From the NCBI GenBank assembly GCA_001791615.1, contig MGEY01000052.1, positions 1-24,000 of the forward strand: DNA of 24,000 nucleotides, read 5' to 3'. Below are positions 22,844 to 24,000 of the stretch, one piece after another. A program made the position numbers and the translations under genes. This DNA comes from Candidatus Uhrbacteria bacterium RIFOXYA2_FULL_40_9 (lineage in GTDB: Bacteria > Patescibacteriota > Patescibacteriia > UBA9934 > GWF2-40-263). The notes under the pieces were generated by a model. That model was given only the letters and a program-made list of their open reading frames with translations, was not told where the DNA came from and did not search any database. Position 1 is the first letter of the stretch. Each line of letters begins with the position of its first letter.

Positions 22844-24000
22844 TTATGGAACAGGTAAAACAAACCCAGAAGTAGACGTTTCTGTTTCTCCATCAGTCAC
22901 ACAAGGGGTTGACTGACGTTCTCCATCACAACAATACACTTCTCCAGATGCAATTCGACCATCATCTTCTAAAGAAGTACATCCAATGATAGTGCTAGAT
23001 GAAGCAGAAGGCCCATAAGCAGGATACATACAAATCTGCCAGCTACTTTTCACTCCATTTTCAATAACAGGATAGTAATCCCACCCTCCATCTGTTTGAC
23101 TCACAAAAGTTGGGTGATTCATCGTGATAAGAGAATAAGTTTTATCTGTACTTACTTCATTTCGAAGAGAAAACCACATTTCATACAATGGATCAGGCCA
23201 CAGAGAAAGAGCTTCGCTATTTAAGGTGGAAGATTTCATGGTGGTATTAAAAGAAATCGTCACAGGTTGTTGCTGAATGACATCCCCTTCACTAATTCCT
23301 GGATCTATTAAGGTGATTTCTGGAACCGTATCGTTCACATTGTCTGTAGTATCAAATTCCCAAGAATAATCATCATTCGTTATTGTGGTTATTTCACCTA
23401 CTAGAGAAACTCCATCTGTATCTGATCCTGCGGCTTGTCCATCTCCATCTCCATCTAAAGAATTTCCACATACATCTATAAGTCCGTCATACTCTGTTCC
23501 TCGAGGAACTGCTTGTGGTGCATCATCCCCCACAGAAGCGGCATGAGCTTCTACCACAATGGTTTCAAGAGGTGGAAGACAATAAATGGTGTCACCACAA
23601 GGATCTTCCCCACAAGCATCAAAGGTGGTGAAGCCAACAGTTCGATACCCATTACTAATTTCATAGGTCCCTTCAACCAGAGAAGGAACGGAATCAGAAA
23701 TTTCAATATTGGAAAAATAATCCCCTAGCTCTATAGAATAAACACCAGTTGCGGCAACAGGATCCATGGCTTCATTAAAAGTCATTTCAATGGTGATGTT
23801 GCGATCGTATGGAGTGGTTGATTCAACCGGAATCACAGAAACGACTTGTGGAGGTGTGAGATCAACTTCTGTTGAAACTTCAAACGTCCATTCGTAGCCA
23901 TCAGAATAGCGTCCGGAAAAAGCAAGCGTTCCATCTGCCTTTTCAATGGTTGTTTTAAGAACAATGGTATAGTTTGTATCTTCAAGGGGACTTCCTAACA
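22844..24000 (-). CDS. Large Ig-like (SbsA/Big_5-type) surface protein, C-terminal part (5' end beyond the window)
   Basis: The track starts it at GTG 23836, but I translated the frame upstream and it stays open to 24000 (...YEWTFEVSTEVDLTPPQVVSVIPVES...). DLTPPQVVSVIPVESTTPYDRNITIEMTFNEAMDPV and VPEITLIDPGISEGDVIQQQPVTISFNTTMKSSTL are Big_5-type module starts. Cys-rich C-terminus. The stop lies 31 nt before the giant ORF start. Confidence 0.8.
   Translation of the reverse strand, partial: LGSPLEDTNYTIVLKTTIEKADGTLAFSGRYSDGYEWTFEVSTEVDLTPPQVVSVIPVESTTPYDRNITIEMTFNEAMDPVAATGVYSIELGDYFSNIEISDSVPSLVEGTYEISNGYRTVGFTTFDACGEDPCGDTIYCLPPLETIVVEAHAASVGDDAPQAVPRGTEYDGLIDVCGNSLDGDGDGQAAGSDTDGVSLVGEITTITNDDYSWEFDTTDNVNDTVPEITLIDPGISEGDVIQQQPVTISFNTTMKSSTLNSEALSLWPDPLYEMWFSLRNEVSTDKTYSLITMNHPTFVSQTDGGWDYYPVIENGVKSSWQICMYPAYGPSASSSTIIGCTSLEDDGRIASGEVYCCDGERQSTPCVTDGETETSTSGFVLPVP

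Noticed and set aside
12631-22858. Numerous 60-148-aa ORFs on both strands inside the giant gene (for example 12631-13077, 14206-14628, 16959-17381, 22415-22858)
   Set aside because: All are nested in, or antisense to, an uninterrupted 10.2-kb frame with motifs throughout. Their sequences are low-complexity (S/T/I/R/C runs), as expected from the complement of a D/E/G/C/T-rich gene.
1-24000. Alternative genetic code (UGA recoding, as in some CPR lineages)
   Set aside because: TGA terminates well-defined genes at the expected lengths (nrdR, ybeY, the giant ORF) and takes part in ATGA overlaps. Conserved proteins such as FtsZ, FtsA and pyruvate kinase read through at normal lengths with code 11.

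Overview
All 16 genes I can support lie on the minus strand, and every long plus-strand ORF in the track looks like an antisense shadow. TGA acts as a stop (ATGA start/stop overlaps at 5813-5816, 9569-9572 and 12610-12613), so the standard code applies. GC by eye is about 35-42% over most of the window, rising to about 50% in 1-2350.

Reading right to left in transcription order:
- A partial Ig-like surface protein (22844-24000, open at the edge).
- A 3400-aa uninterrupted ORF (12610-22812) with an N-terminal TrbC/VirB2-type pilin-like membrane hairpin. This is followed by Ig-like and four IPT/TIG-like modules, two blocks of CGDG...CDDGN cysteine-rich repeats, an unassigned globular module, a pseudopilin-like segment and a C-terminal vWA/MIDAS domain.
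- Three consecutive single-pass membrane proteins with thrombospondin-type-3-like Asp-rich repeats. The first is start/stop-overlapped with the giant gene.
- ybeY-dgkA, ftsA, ftsZ, nrdR-htrA-pyk, an NrtR-like Nudix regulator, a truncated PP2C-like gene, a pncA-like nicotinamidase and a partial radical SAM gene. The radical SAM gene is absent from the ORF track and was found by manual translation.

Gene content and the pilin-anchored giant protein suggest a small-genome CPR/Patescibacteria-like bacterium, but this is inference only. The best candidate for an undescribed system is the contiguous, terminator-free surface block at 10035-24000. It comprises an Ig-like protein, the giant pilin-anchored vWA-tipped protein and three TSP3-repeat membrane proteins. 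I found no tRNA, rRNA, CRISPR array, transposase or integrase.
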